Assembly: GCA_016196115.1 (NCBI GenBank)
Contig: JACPYI010000002.1
Coordinates: forward strand, 35,976 to 99,975
Direction: 5' to 3'
Origin: Candidatus Sungiibacteriota bacterium
GTDB lineage: Bacteria > Patescibacteriota > Minisyncoccia > Sungbacterales > HO2-52-23
Length of the DNA stretch: 64,000 nucleotides
Shown here: positions 26,655 through 35,987 of the stretch, one piece after another
How the letters are laid out: every line of letters begins with the position of its first letter
How positions within the stretch are numbered: position 1 is the first letter of the stretch
The notes under the pieces: generated by a model
The model's input: only the letters and a program-made list of their open reading frames with translations
Database searches by the model: none
Told to the model about the DNA's origin: nothing
Position numbers and translations under genes: made by a program

Positions 26655-29518
26655 TTGAGCAAAGCGTTTATGCTCTCCCGGGTTGGCAGATCAACGCTTC
26701 CGAAACCGGTGGTGCTTTGCGTGCCCTCGCATACGATCGCCTGATCGCACTGGAATTTTTTGACTGCGGTTTCGGTTGTGCCGTCGAAAAATCCTGTGGC
26801 GTTGCCGGCCTCAAGATAGTTGCGCGAGACAAGAAACCGCTGCAGCAGCGTTACCTCCGGATGCTTGATGCCGCGGTACAGATCGCGCGTCAAGATTCGG
26901 ACATCGTTTGAAGACAATTGAAGCGGGGCCGGGGAAGAAGGCGTTTTTGACTTTGCGGGCGGAGCTTTTTTGCGATCCGATGACGGTGATTTTACGGTGC
27001 GCGCCGAGGAAGAGGCGTGCGCGATAACCGCAGGCGTGCTTTCATGAATGTCATCCGACGATTTGGCGCCGAAAGCAGGGCTCGGCGGCATCACCAAAAC
27101 CAAGGAGCCGGGCGGAGGCGCCAAGGAAAGGAGCGAGCTCACTCCGAACAGCACGAACGTGGAAAGTTCCCGGGTCACGCAACTTATCTCGTGCAGATCA
27201 TCGTTCGTGCGGCACTGGCTTGTTTCGGTCCAATCTACGCCGGTCCAGCGCCAGATTTTAAGGGAACCCGGAATAATATCGCTCACGTCTTCCGGAAGAT
27301 AGCGCATAGTCAGCGTAACCGGTTTGTCCGAGGCGAAAACGGACGTTGACGGATCCTTGAGCACTACGATCCGGTATGCGTGGCCGGCGATCAGGCGCAA
27401 TTGCGACATGGGAGCAGGAACCGCGCTTGTGATCCCCGCCGGATCAAGTCCGTTGATCTCAACCGCTGCCGCATCGGGGAATCCGGAAGGAAGCGTGATG
27501 CTTGCCGACCGGTCATCGTCGCGGACCAGCGCAAGCGTCCTGTGCGGCAAAGTTGAAAGAATGCCCTCGCTATGCACAGCCGACAGCATTGTGCTAAGAC
27601 AACCGGTCGTGGTGAGCCGGTTCGTCAAGCTCACCGCCTCCCCGTCCGCAGAATTTTTCGAATATGCGCGATAGAAATAACTTGTGCACGGAACCATACT
27701 TTGAAGATTGACGGTATGCGTTCGCTGGCGGCCATCCGTGTCAAACTCCATGGTCGAGAAACGAAGGCCGCCCACGCCGTCGTACGCGACTCGGGTGGTG
27801 CTGTTTTTATCCGTAGCCCACGTAATCATTGCGGATGTATCGCCCACCTGCTGGCTCATAAGCCGGGAAATTACGGGCAACGAGGCATCGCTCACGAACG
27901 CGAGAGAAAAATCAGTTCCGGGTATTTTCACATCTTTATTTCCTGCAAGATAGCCGGTCAAAAGGTGGGAACCGCCGGGAAGATCGGCGAACACTCGAGA
28001 ACCCTTCAGCAGCGCGTCCGCATGGCCCTTACCGTTGTCAAGCTGAAAATGAATCGAGCGGCTGCCGGGTATGTCCGCGTCTCCGGTTACGGCCGAAGAA
28101 ATCGCGAGATTCGATCCGGGTACTGTCCCGTCAAGAAACGGAGCGCTGAGCGAGACGCTGGGCACCGGCGAGAAACGATTGATCTGCAGCTTGAACGAAA
28201 TCCTTTTTTCTTTTTTCGCGCTGATTGCGGTGATCGTGATCGGATGGATGCCGACCGGTGTTGTCCGCAAGGTCGAGATATACAGCGTGGTCAGGCACGG
28301 AAGCACGCAGGAAGCCGGAGAGAATATGCCGTATGCGTCGCTGGGAATTCCTTGGGCGGTAAAAGCAACGGTTTGACCCGCGCCTGACGTGAGCCGGCCG
28401 CCAAATGAAAAACCAGCCGAAGACCCTTGCGTGGCAGAGGACCCGTGGTCATCATCAAGACCCACGAGCTCAAAATCAAATACCGGCGCATTCACCGGGA
28501 GAAGAGAATCTTCCGAGGTCCAGCCGTCATACCCCACGTCGTAGTTGATGTTCCACCATCGCGAATCCGCCACGACTTCCGGACCGCCGATGATGGTTCC
28601 TTTCGTGTCCGGCGCCTGTACCCCGATCAAAGAATTGGACTTCAAAGGAACCTGCCGCACATCGGCCGCCCGCCAATTCCGGATCCTGTCTCCCGATTTG
28701 ATTCTCGGCCCCGACGGCAGCGCGAGCAGCGGAGAGGACGAGGCGATCATCACGTCGGTGCTGCCGGCATCCCGCACGGTAAAGACAAGCGGTGTGACGC
28801 GGCTTCCCTGAAGCATTTCATGTTTGGGTTGATATGCCGCGAGTATGCCGTCAATGCGATACGTGCCCGGGGGAAATTTTTGCGCAAATGATCCGGAGCG
28901 GAGTGCAGCATTGGTCTGACTGCCAATATCAAAGGCGTCTGCCCGCGCACTCCAGGTACCGTTTCGCAATACATCCGCCCACAGGTACGCGTGCGGGGTT
29001 TGGTCAGCAGCGGGCCAGTTACCGTCGATCTGATACGTGAACGCGACGATCTGGTCTTTGAGAATTTCGTGCTGGCGCGGAGCGGTAAAGGAGAGAATTG
29101 GAGGATTTGTCGCACCGCGCGGGATTTCGCGTAGCGAGACAAGCGGAGCCGAAAACACAAACCGCTGCGACGCGATGCGGTTTCCCGCAGCGTCGACCGA
29201 AATAACGCGATAGAAATAGATTAAACCGGGCTTGAGATTGATAATCCTTACCGCATGACTGAAAACTTGAGTCGGGTCAAGATCAGAACGGTTTCCATAG
29301 TTTTCATCAAGTCCGTACTCTACTTGCGAGTTTGCCAACGCATCAGTCATCCATCTTATCACCACGGTCTTTGGCGATGCTGAAGATGTCCCGATATCAT
29401 AGAGAGTGAATACGGGAGCAGATTGTGCATAGGCAAAACCAAACACACCGAGAAGCAAACTAAAGAGAAAAGCAAGAAGCCGGACAAAGAGTTTTTTTCT
29501 TGAACTCATAGACCTCAT
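26651..29518 (-). CDS. large secreted protein with two FN3-like domains and C-terminal peptidoglycan-binding domain
   Basis: Signal peptide. FN3/PAP-N-like motifs (VVIRWMTDALANSQVEYG...LIYFYRV and AMITWATDKNSTTRVAY...SYFYRAY). C-terminal PG_binding_1-like LLQRFLVSRNYL..ATGFFDGTTETAVKKFQ. Confidence 0.65.
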   Translation of the reverse strand: MRSMSSRKKLFVRLLAFLFSLLLGVFGFAYAQSAPVFTLYDIGTSSASPKTVVIRWMTDALANSQVEYGLDENYGNRSDLDPTQVFSHAVRIINLKPGLIYFYRVISVDAAGNRIASQRFVFSAPLVSLREIPRGATNPPILSFTAPRQHEILKDQIVAFTYQIDGNWPAADQTPHAYLWADVLRNGTWSARADAFDIGSQTNAALRSGSFAQKFPPGTYRIDGILAAYQPKHEMLQGSRVTPLVFTVRDAGSTDVMIASSSPLLALPSGPRIKSGDRIRNWRAADVRQVPLKSNSLIGVQAPDTKGTIIGGPEVVADSRWWNINYDVGYDGWTSEDSLLPVNAPVFDFELVGLDDDHGSSATQGSSAGFSFGGRLTSGAGQTVAFTAQGIPSDAYGIFSPASCVLPCLTTLYISTLRTTPVGIHPITITAISAKKEKRISFKLQINRFSPVPSVSLSAPFLDGTVPGSNLAISSAVTGDADIPGSRSIHFQLDNGKGHADALLKGSRVFADLPGGSHLLTGYLAGNKDVKIPGTDFSLAFVSDASLPVISRLMSQQVGDTSAMITWATDKNSTTRVAYDGVGGLRFSTMEFDTDGRQRTHTVNLQSMVPCTSYFYRAYSKNSADGEAVSLTNRLTTTGCLSTMLSAVHSEGILSTLPHRTLALVRDDDRSASITLPSGFPDAAAVEINGLDPAGITSAVPAPMSQLRLIAGHAYRIVVLKDPSTSVFASDKPVTLTMRYLPEDVSDIIPGSLKIWRWTGVDWTETSQCRTNDDLHEISCVTRELSTFVLFGVSSLLSLAPPPGSLVLVMPPSPAFGAKSSDDIHESTPAVIAHASSSARTVKSPSSDRKKAPPAKSKTPSSPAPLQLSSNDVRILTRDLYRGIKHPEVTLLQRFLVSRNYLEAGNATGFFDGTTETAVKKFQCDQAIVCEGTQSTTGFGSVDLPTRESINALLK

Positions 29519-32487
29519 TGTACCACAAAGTTAATGAGCTTGTCAGGAATAAAGATTACTCGAGTCGGTTCACTCGGCAGACGCTGTTTTACGGCATCCA
29601 AATTCCGGGCCAGCCGTGTTGCTTCCTGTTGGGAACTGCCGCGTTTAATTTCTATGACTACGCGTGTTTTACCGTTAATCTGAAAAATAAAATCAACCAT
29701 ATTTTCTTGAATGAATCGAGGATTATATTTCGGCCATGCCTCGCGATGGATAGATCTGAATTTCCGGCTTCCAGCCCCAAGCTCCCGGTTTCCAGATTTC
29801 TGCCATAATTCCTCCGTGATATGGGGGGCAAACGGCGCGAGCAACTTGAGAAAAATTTTTATGTCTTCCGCGCCTACCGCATTCTGTGATGCCTCAACCT
29901 CATTGAGTAAAATCATCAGCGCTGATATTGCCGTGTTGTACTGCAAATTCTCAATATCCTCCGTAACTTTCTTAATTGTTTTGTGCAGTATTATTTGTAA
30001 TGCGTCATCTTGAGGGCGATGCCCGAAGGATCTCTTGAGATTCTTCTCCGCCGGTTGGCGGATCATAATGACTTTGTGTGCAAACTTCCATACGCGCTCC
30101 AAAAATCGAGTTATGCCGCGAATGCCGGTGTCGCGGAAATCCCCGCCCTGTTCGAACGGCGCGAGAAACGCCAGATACATGCGCACCGCGTCGGCTCCGT
30201 ACGCGCGAATATAGTCGTCGGGATTGACCACGTTTCCTTTCGATTTTGACATTTTAGCGCCATCTTTAGTGATGAGTCCATGCGCCCTGAATTTCGGAAA
30301 CGGCTCTTCGAACTTCAGCAGTTTCCAATCGCAGAAAGCCATAGTCAGAAAACGCGAATACATGAGGTGCAATACGGAGTGTTCGGCGCCGCCGATATAA
30401 ATGCTTACCGGCAGCCACTTCTTGGTGATTTCTTGATCCCAAGGGACTTGTCCCGAGCGAGCAGAGCGAGTCGAGGGGTAGCGAAGAAAATACCACGCCG
30501 AATCAAGAAAAGTGTCCGAGACATCGGTCTCCCGACGCGCCATTTTTTTACACTTCGGACAACGGACTTTATAAAATGTCGCAACCGATGCAAGCGGCGA
30601 TTGGTCCGTACCGGTCGGCCGGAAATCTTTTACAAACGGCAGCTTGACCGGCAGATTTTTCTCCGGCACCGCATACCATCCGGGCATCTCCGGCCGCTCC
30701 CCTCTGCCGGTATTCTTGCATACCTCGCAAAAAATCATCGGAATCGGCGGTCCCCAGTACCGCTGCCGCGAAAGCAGCCAATCGCGCAGATGATATTGCG
30801 AAACCCTTTTCCCCCTCACGAATTTCGTGATCTCCCATTTTGCCTCTTCCGAATCCATGCCGGTGAACGAACCGGAATGGGTCAAAATTCCGTCTCCCGT
30901 ATAGGCGCGAGATCTGTCAAGAATCGCAAGCGCCCAGCGATGGCTTTCAGGCGACAAAAATTTTTCCAAGTCCTCTTTTGAAAACCAGAACATATCGTGG
31001 TTCTTCTGCTCGGCTTCGGAGATTGCTTCGCGTGCTCCATCTTGCAGCTCAAAATACAGCGCCCGCGCGTGTCCGAAACGATTCACCTGTTTGGGTACGT
31101 GGTACCATTTGCCATGTATGATGCCAAGATCGGCAATAAGTTTCGGATGCAGGAATCCTGCTTCTTCCCTGATTTCAGCTTTTGCGGCTTCTTCCGCAGT
31201 CTGTCCTTTTTCAATGCCGCCGGTTACCAGGGTCTGCCATGCCACGGTCTTCCACTTGAGTCCGATATACTTTTCTTCGGACCAATGCTTCACGATGGCG
31301 ATGATCGCGTCGCGATGTTCAAACGGCAAATCTTTGCGCACAATACCAGGCTCGGTCGTCTGGATGAATACCGGCTCGATCACCTGCCGGTTCGCGATCT
31401 TGTATTTCTTCGCAAACGCAAAATCGCGCTCGTCATGCGCCGGCACCGCCATGATCGCACCCGTACCGTAGCTGCCCAGCACGTAATCGGCGACAAAAAT
31501 CGAAATCTCTTCGTTGTTTGCCGGATTAATCGCCTTGATTCCTTTCAGTTCGACGCCGGTCTTTTCCTTGCCTGCGGCAATGCGATCCGCTTCTGCTTTT
31601 GTCCGTGCCTTTTTCACATATGCCACGACTTGCACATAGTTGGTAATCTGGGACTTGTGACTCTCTATAAATTCATGTTCAGGAGCAACCACCAAGTATG
31701 TCGCCCCAAACAGCGTATCCGGACGAGTAGTAAAAACTTCAATATCGTCATTCTTCACATCACTTTTCACTTTGAACTTTATCATCGCTCCTTCCGATTT
31801 TCCGATCCAGTTTTTCTGCGCGATTTTTACCCGCTCGGACCAGTCGATCTTCTCAAGATTTTGCAACAGGCGTTCTGTATATTGAGTAATGCGAAAAAAC
31901 CATTGCTCCAATTCTTTTTTAACCACCACGGACCCGCATCGCTCGCATTCGCCTGCGATAACCTGCTCGTCCGCAAGCACGGTCTTGCACGACGGACACC
32001 AGTTGACCGCCTGTTTTTTTCGGTATGCCAAACCCCGCTTAAACATCTGCACAAAGATCCATTGCGTCCATCGGTAATATTCAGCATCGTTCGTCTCCAG
32101 TCGTTCATCCCATGCAAACCCGTTGCCCATCATGGCAAGTTGCCGGTAAAAATTCTTTTCCAGAACACGACCGTAAGTCATTGGGTGCCGTCCGGTTTTC
32201 AGTCCATAATTTTCCGAGTGAATGCCAAACGCATCAAGTCCGATTGGCTCAAATACGTCATACCCCTGCATTCGCTTGAGACGGCCGTAGATATCAACAC
32301 CGGTGAACGTCCTCATGCCCCCAATGTGCAGCCCCTCCGCAGACGTGTACGGGAACATCATGAGATTATAAAACGGCTTTTTGGCGTGCTTAAAATCTGG
32401 TTCGTACGTCTTGTCCGCAAGCCACTTTTTTTGCCATCTGGCCTCAATTTTTTTCGGGTCGTATCGCATAGTTGACAAATTTTTCAA
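29515..32487 (-). CDS. leuS: leucyl-tRNA synthetase carrying an in-frame Nudix-like domain insertion (about aa 372-528)
   Basis: HIGH (EGLHIGG), TTRPDT, AVPAHDERDF and RDWLLSRQRYWG motifs, and the C-terminal domain. Inserted segment contains a Nudix-box-like GGIEKGQTAEEAAKAEIREEAGF. Confidence 0.9.
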   Translation of the reverse strand: MKNLSTMRYDPKKIEARWQKKWLADKTYEPDFKHAKKPFYNLMMFPYTSAEGLHIGGMRTFTGVDIYGRLKRMQGYDVFEPIGLDAFGIHSENYGLKTGRHPMTYGRVLEKNFYRQLAMMGNGFAWDERLETNDAEYYRWTQWIFVQMFKRGLAYRKKQAVNWCPSCKTVLADEQVIAGECERCGSVVVKKELEQWFFRITQYTERLLQNLEKIDWSERVKIAQKNWIGKSEGAMIKFKVKSDVKNDDIEVFTTRPDTLFGATYLVVAPEHEFIESHKSQITNYVQVVAYVKKARTKAEADRIAAGKEKTGVELKGIKAINPANNEEISIFVADYVLGSYGTGAIMAVPAHDERDFAFAKKYKIANRQVIEPVFIQTTEPGIVRKDLPFEHRDAIIAIVKHWSEEKYIGLKWKTVAWQTLVTGGIEKGQTAEEAAKAEIREEAGFLHPKLIADLGIIHGKWYHVPKQVNRFGHARALYFELQDGAREAISEAEQKNHDMFWFSKEDLEKFLSPESHRWALAILDRSRAYTGDGILTHSGSFTGMDSEEAKWEITKFVRGKRVSQYHLRDWLLSRQRYWGPPIPMIFCEVCKNTGRGERPEMPGWYAVPEKNLPVKLPFVKDFRPTGTDQSPLASVATFYKVRCPKCKKMARRETDVSDTFLDSAWYFLRYPSTRSARSGQVPWDQEITKKWLPVSIYIGGAEHSVLHLMYSRFLTMAFCDWKLLKFEEPFPKFRAHGLITKDGAKMSKSKGNVVNPDDYIRAYGADAVRMYLAFLAPFEQGGDFRDTGIRGITRFLERVWKFAHKVIMIRQPAEKNLKRSFGHRPQDDALQIILHKTIKKVTEDIENLQYNTAISALMILLNEVEASQNAVGAEDIKIFLKLLAPFAPHITEELWQKSGNRELGAGSRKFRSIHREAWPKYNPRFIQENMVDFIFQINGKTRVVIEIKRGSSQQEATRLARNLDAVKQRLPSEPTRVIFIPDKLINFVVQ

Positions 32488-32500
32488 AAATGCGTATGAT
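32472..32500 (+). promoter_or_regulatory. consensus sigma70 promoter TTGACA-17-TATGAT
   Basis: ttgaca at 32472-32477 and tatgat at 32495-32500. An RBS-like aaggat lies upstream of the ATG at 32546. Confidence 0.55.
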
Positions 32501-32545
32501 TTCTAGCACACATTCGATCTTTTTACCGCAAGATAAGGATTCGCC

Positions 32546-33055
32546 ATGTATCTCACCATGAGCATCGATGCATCACTTTTGTTCAATACCCAATTATCTG
32601 TATGGGAACTCGTCTCCAGGGAACAAGGACTCATGAGCTTGAGGGAAAAGAGCCGCTCTCTCCCGGGTTGGTTCGAATATAGGTTGAAAACAAAACAATA
32701 TCAGGAACAATATAAAGAAGACTGTGCTCACTGCGAATTGACCCTTATCGGGTTGTACCCCAAAGAAAAGCAAAAGATTCACCATATAGAGCACAAGCTC
32801 GCAGAACATATCCTGACCTCACCCGATGATCGCGTTCTGGGAACAGAACTGAATGATGCGATTCCCTCGTACATGGTGGTAGTGCGCGTTGCGGTTGCAA
32901 TTTTTACGATATCATCGTTTTTGGAAATAGCGGCCACCATGAGAATGCGTCTCGATTCTCGTATGAATGACCGCGCCTATAGAGGACCGGTTCTTCATCC
33001 AGAAAGATATCCTCATCTTATGGGAGCGATGCAACATCTTTTAGCACGCGAATAA
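32546..33055 (+). CDS. hypothetical protein (169 aa)
   Basis: ORF downstream of a near-consensus promoter. No recognisable domain. Confidence 0.45.
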   Translation: MYLTMSIDASLLFNTQLSVWELVSREQGLMSLREKSRSLPGWFEYRLKTKQYQEQYKEDCAHCELTLIGLYPKEKQKIHHIEHKLAEHILTSPDDRVLGTELNDAIPSYMVVVRVAVAIFTISSFLEIAATMRMRLDSRMNDRAYRGPVLHPERYPHLMGAMQHLLARE

Positions 33056-33880
33056 CGCGCGCGCGTTCTGTGTTGTCACTCTAGCTGCCGTCTCAAACGG
33101 CAGCTTTTTTATTTCAGCGAGCTTTCTCGCAATCTCGATCATATACGCAGGTTCGTTCCGTTTGCCCCGATAGGGCACGGGCGTGATATAGGGCGCATCG
33201 GTCTCCAGCACGATCCGCTCCAATGGAATATAGCGTACCATATCGTCATAGTCCCGCGCAAACGTGATTACCCCGCCGAACGAGAATGAAAATCCGAGAT
33301 CAAGCAATGTCTTTGCGTCATCCACCGTACCGGTAAAAAAATGAATAATGCCGGGAGGCGCGGTGAATGCTGAACGATGCCCGTTTAAAACATCGATCAA
33401 ATCCGCGAACGCATTCCTGCAGTGGATCATGAGCGGCTTCCGCACCTCGCTTGCCAACGCGATCTGTTGCCCGAACACGGCAAACTGCTTCTGCTTTGTC
33501 TGCTCCCCGAGCCGGTAATAATCCAACCCGCACTCGCCTATCGCAACCACTTTCGGATTCTGCAAAAGTTTTTTATAATACGCATAATCGAATTCCTCTC
33601 CCCGGCTGACGAAAGTTTGTTCACCTCCCAATTCCTCTTTGTCATGATGCGATTTGTCCGTGTGGATCGGGTGCAACCCAACCGTCGCATACACACCCTC
33701 TGCATAGTGATGTGCCGTCTCCACCGCCGCGGCGGACGTATCTTTTTGCGTACCCACATTCACTATCCACACTTGCCGCTCCAACGCGCGTCGAATCACC
33801 GCATCCTGATTCTCGGCAAAAGCCGCAAACTGCGTATGGGTATGGACATCGAACAATAAAGGTGATATAGATTCATGCAT
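33041..33880 (-). CDS. tatD: TatD family metal-dependent hydrolase
   Basis: FDVHTH N-terminal motif and conserved TatD His/Glu/Asp positions. Confidence 0.85.
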   Translation of the reverse strand: MHESISPLLFDVHTHTQFAAFAENQDAVIRRALERQVWIVNVGTQKDTSAAAVETAHHYAEGVYATVGLHPIHTDKSHHDKEELGGEQTFVSRGEEFDYAYYKKLLQNPKVVAIGECGLDYYRLGEQTKQKQFAVFGQQIALASEVRKPLMIHCRNAFADLIDVLNGHRSAFTAPPGIIHFFTGTVDDAKTLLDLGFSFSFGGVITFARDYDDMVRYIPLERIVLETDAPYITPVPYRGKRNEPAYMIEIARKLAEIKKLPFETAARVTTQNARALFAC

Positions 33881-33913
33881 ACGAGCATCTTAACAAATAA
33901 AGGACCCCTAATA

Positions 33914-34117
33914 ATGGAGCAAATACATATTACACTTAAACTTGATAAGCAGACTGCAAGAGGATTATGCGAGTTAATTCGCAGGAGAGCAGCGAATGAA
34001 AATATGGAGGAACTGGTCAATCAACTTCTCCGAGACTGGGTAATGATAAATCGGGAAGACCTTCAGGGGCGTGGCGACCGTGGAACTCCGGATGTGGGCA
34101 ATTACGATATTTTTTAG
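33914..34117 (+). CDS. small hypothetical protein, possible ribbon-helix-helix fold
   Basis: MEQIHITLKLDKQTARGLCELIRRRAANENMEELVNQLLRDWV has a beta-alpha-alpha pattern. AAAGGA RBS upstream. Confidence 0.3.
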   Translation: MEQIHITLKLDKQTARGLCELIRRRAANENMEELVNQLLRDWVMINREDLQGRGDRGTPDVGNYDIF

Positions 34118-34184
34118 AACTAGCGAAATGTTACAATCGCGGGAATAAATTTCCCGCTTTTTAATTCTGAAACGAGAAAATATG

Positions 34185-34424
34185 TTACGCCCGCGCAGGC
34201 ACAAAAGACCCTCGCAACGGCGCATGGAGAAGGGTGGATGCCTGCTTGAGAAATTTTGACGCTTCGAGAATTTCAACATATACCGGCAAACCGCTCGGGC
34301 TAAAATGCACGATGGCGTCGCCTATCTCCGTTGCGTATGCTATCGGCCCGCTGCCCGACTCAATCCGCAGGACATCGGCCTCCGGCTCATAGCTCATTTT
34401 CATTTTTTTATTGGTTTTTTTCAT
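34185..34424 (-). CDS. DUF2283 family protein
   Basis: YEPEADVLRIE...VHFSPSGLPVYVEILEAS matches the DUF2283 pattern. Confidence 0.55.
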   Translation of the reverse strand: MKKTNKKMKMSYEPEADVLRIESGSGPIAYATEIGDAIVHFSPSGLPVYVEILEASKFLKQASTLLHAPLRGSFVPARA

Positions 34425-34508
34425 ATTGCGCTTTTCTGCCGGGATAAAAAGTGATTACAATTTTAGTTAGGATCGTAAACTTTTCCAGCGCATGTTTGGT
34501 AAAATGAA

Positions 34509-35984
34509 TCATGAAAGCCGAGGGAAAAGATTCGGCCCCTTTTTTATTACAATTTCCATTTCGCCGACGTTAATCTGCTCGTTGATTTTTCTTGCCGTGT
34601 CGGGCATGAACGGAGCAATCAGACGAGATATTGTGCCAATCCGATGGCATTCATCACCAATGATATGGCGAAGATATGCTTCGTCGGACACCGCCCATGG
34701 TTTCCGATCATTGATCTCTTTATCCCTCTCTCCAATAATTCCCCATATAAATTCCAATGCCTCGTTCAAACGAAATCCCATTACTCTCTTCTCATATGCT
34801 TCATCTATCAATCTAGTCTGCGGCTGCTCTTTTGGATAGACATCTTTTAAGGAAATGGGGCTAATTTTTTCTCCAAGTGTTGCCACGCGCGCAACCAGAT
34901 TTCCCAAACCGTTGGCGAGATCTCCGTTGTAGCGAGTCACGAATTTTTCGTAGCTGAAATCGCCGTCCTCGCCGGACGGGATCTCGCGAAGGAGGTAGTA
35001 GCGCACGGGATCCGTGCCGTATTTTTCGATCATCTCAAACGGGTCAATCGTGTTGCCGATCATTTTCGACATTTTCTGTCCGTCAACGGTTATGTAGCCG
35101 TGGACATAGAGCGCTTTAGGAAGCGGGAGCTTTGCCGAGAGCAGGAAGGCAGGCCAGTACACGGCGTGGAAGCGCGTAATGCCCTTGCCGATCACGTGTA
35201 CATCCGCAGGCCACCATTTTTGGTACTGTTGTTCGTCCCACCCGAAGCCGACGCCGGACTGGTAGATGTTAAGCGCATCAAACCAGACGTACATGCGCTG
35301 AGTGTCGTCTCCGGGCACCGGCACTCCCCAATTTTTTGCGCGCGCGTTCGTGCGCGAGATGCTGATGTCCCGCAACGGCTGTTTGAGAAACGACAAGACC
35401 TCGTTCTTTCGGCTCTTGGGAAGGATGGCGAGCGTGTCGGAAGAAACAAGTTCGATGAGCGCGTCCTGATATTTTGACAACCGGAAAAAATAATTCTCCT
35501 CCGATACGAGTTCGAGTTTTCTTCCCGGATGCTCAAAACATTCTCCATTTTCATTCAACTCGTCCGATGTATAGAACGTCTCGCAGCCGAGACAGTACAG
35601 TCCCTCATACGATTTTTTGTAAATGTCCCCGGCCGCATCGCACAACTCCCACAGCTTCTGGCTCGCGGGATAATGATGAGCGCGATCGCTGCCTTTCTGA
35701 AATCTATCAAATTGCACGTTAAGCCGCTGCGCGAGGTCGGCGAACAGAGCCGCATTGGTATCAATGAACTGCTGTACATCCATGCCGGCCGCCTCCGCCG
35801 CCTGCACGTTTTTCAGAGCATTGTCATCGCTCCCGGAAAGAAGCGCCGTTTCCCTTCCCTGCAAGCGATGATACCTTGCCACCGCGTCCGTCTGCACAAA
35901 TTCAAGAGCATGCCCAAGATGCGGCTTTGCATTTACATATGGAATCGCGGTCGTGATGTAGAATTTTTCTTGTCCGTTCTCCAT
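34509..35984 (-). CDS. metG: methionyl-tRNA synthetase (short form, no C-terminal dimerization/tRNA-binding extension)
   Basis: FYITTAIPYVNAKPHLGHA (HIGH) and KMSKM motifs. Confidence 0.9.
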   Translation of the reverse strand: MENGQEKFYITTAIPYVNAKPHLGHALEFVQTDAVARYHRLQGRETALLSGSDDNALKNVQAAEAAGMDVQQFIDTNAALFADLAQRLNVQFDRFQKGSDRAHHYPASQKLWELCDAAGDIYKKSYEGLYCLGCETFYTSDELNENGECFEHPGRKLELVSEENYFFRLSKYQDALIELVSSDTLAILPKSRKNEVLSFLKQPLRDISISRTNARAKNWGVPVPGDDTQRMYVWFDALNIYQSGVGFGWDEQQYQKWWPADVHVIGKGITRFHAVYWPAFLLSAKLPLPKALYVHGYITVDGQKMSKMIGNTIDPFEMIEKYGTDPVRYYLLREIPSGEDGDFSYEKFVTRYNGDLANGLGNLVARVATLGEKISPISLKDVYPKEQPQTRLIDEAYEKRVMGFRLNEALEFIWGIIGERDKEINDRKPWAVSDEAYLRHIIGDECHRIGTISRLIAPFMPDTARKINEQINVGEMEIVIKKGPNLFPRLS

Positions 35985-35987
35985 GAC

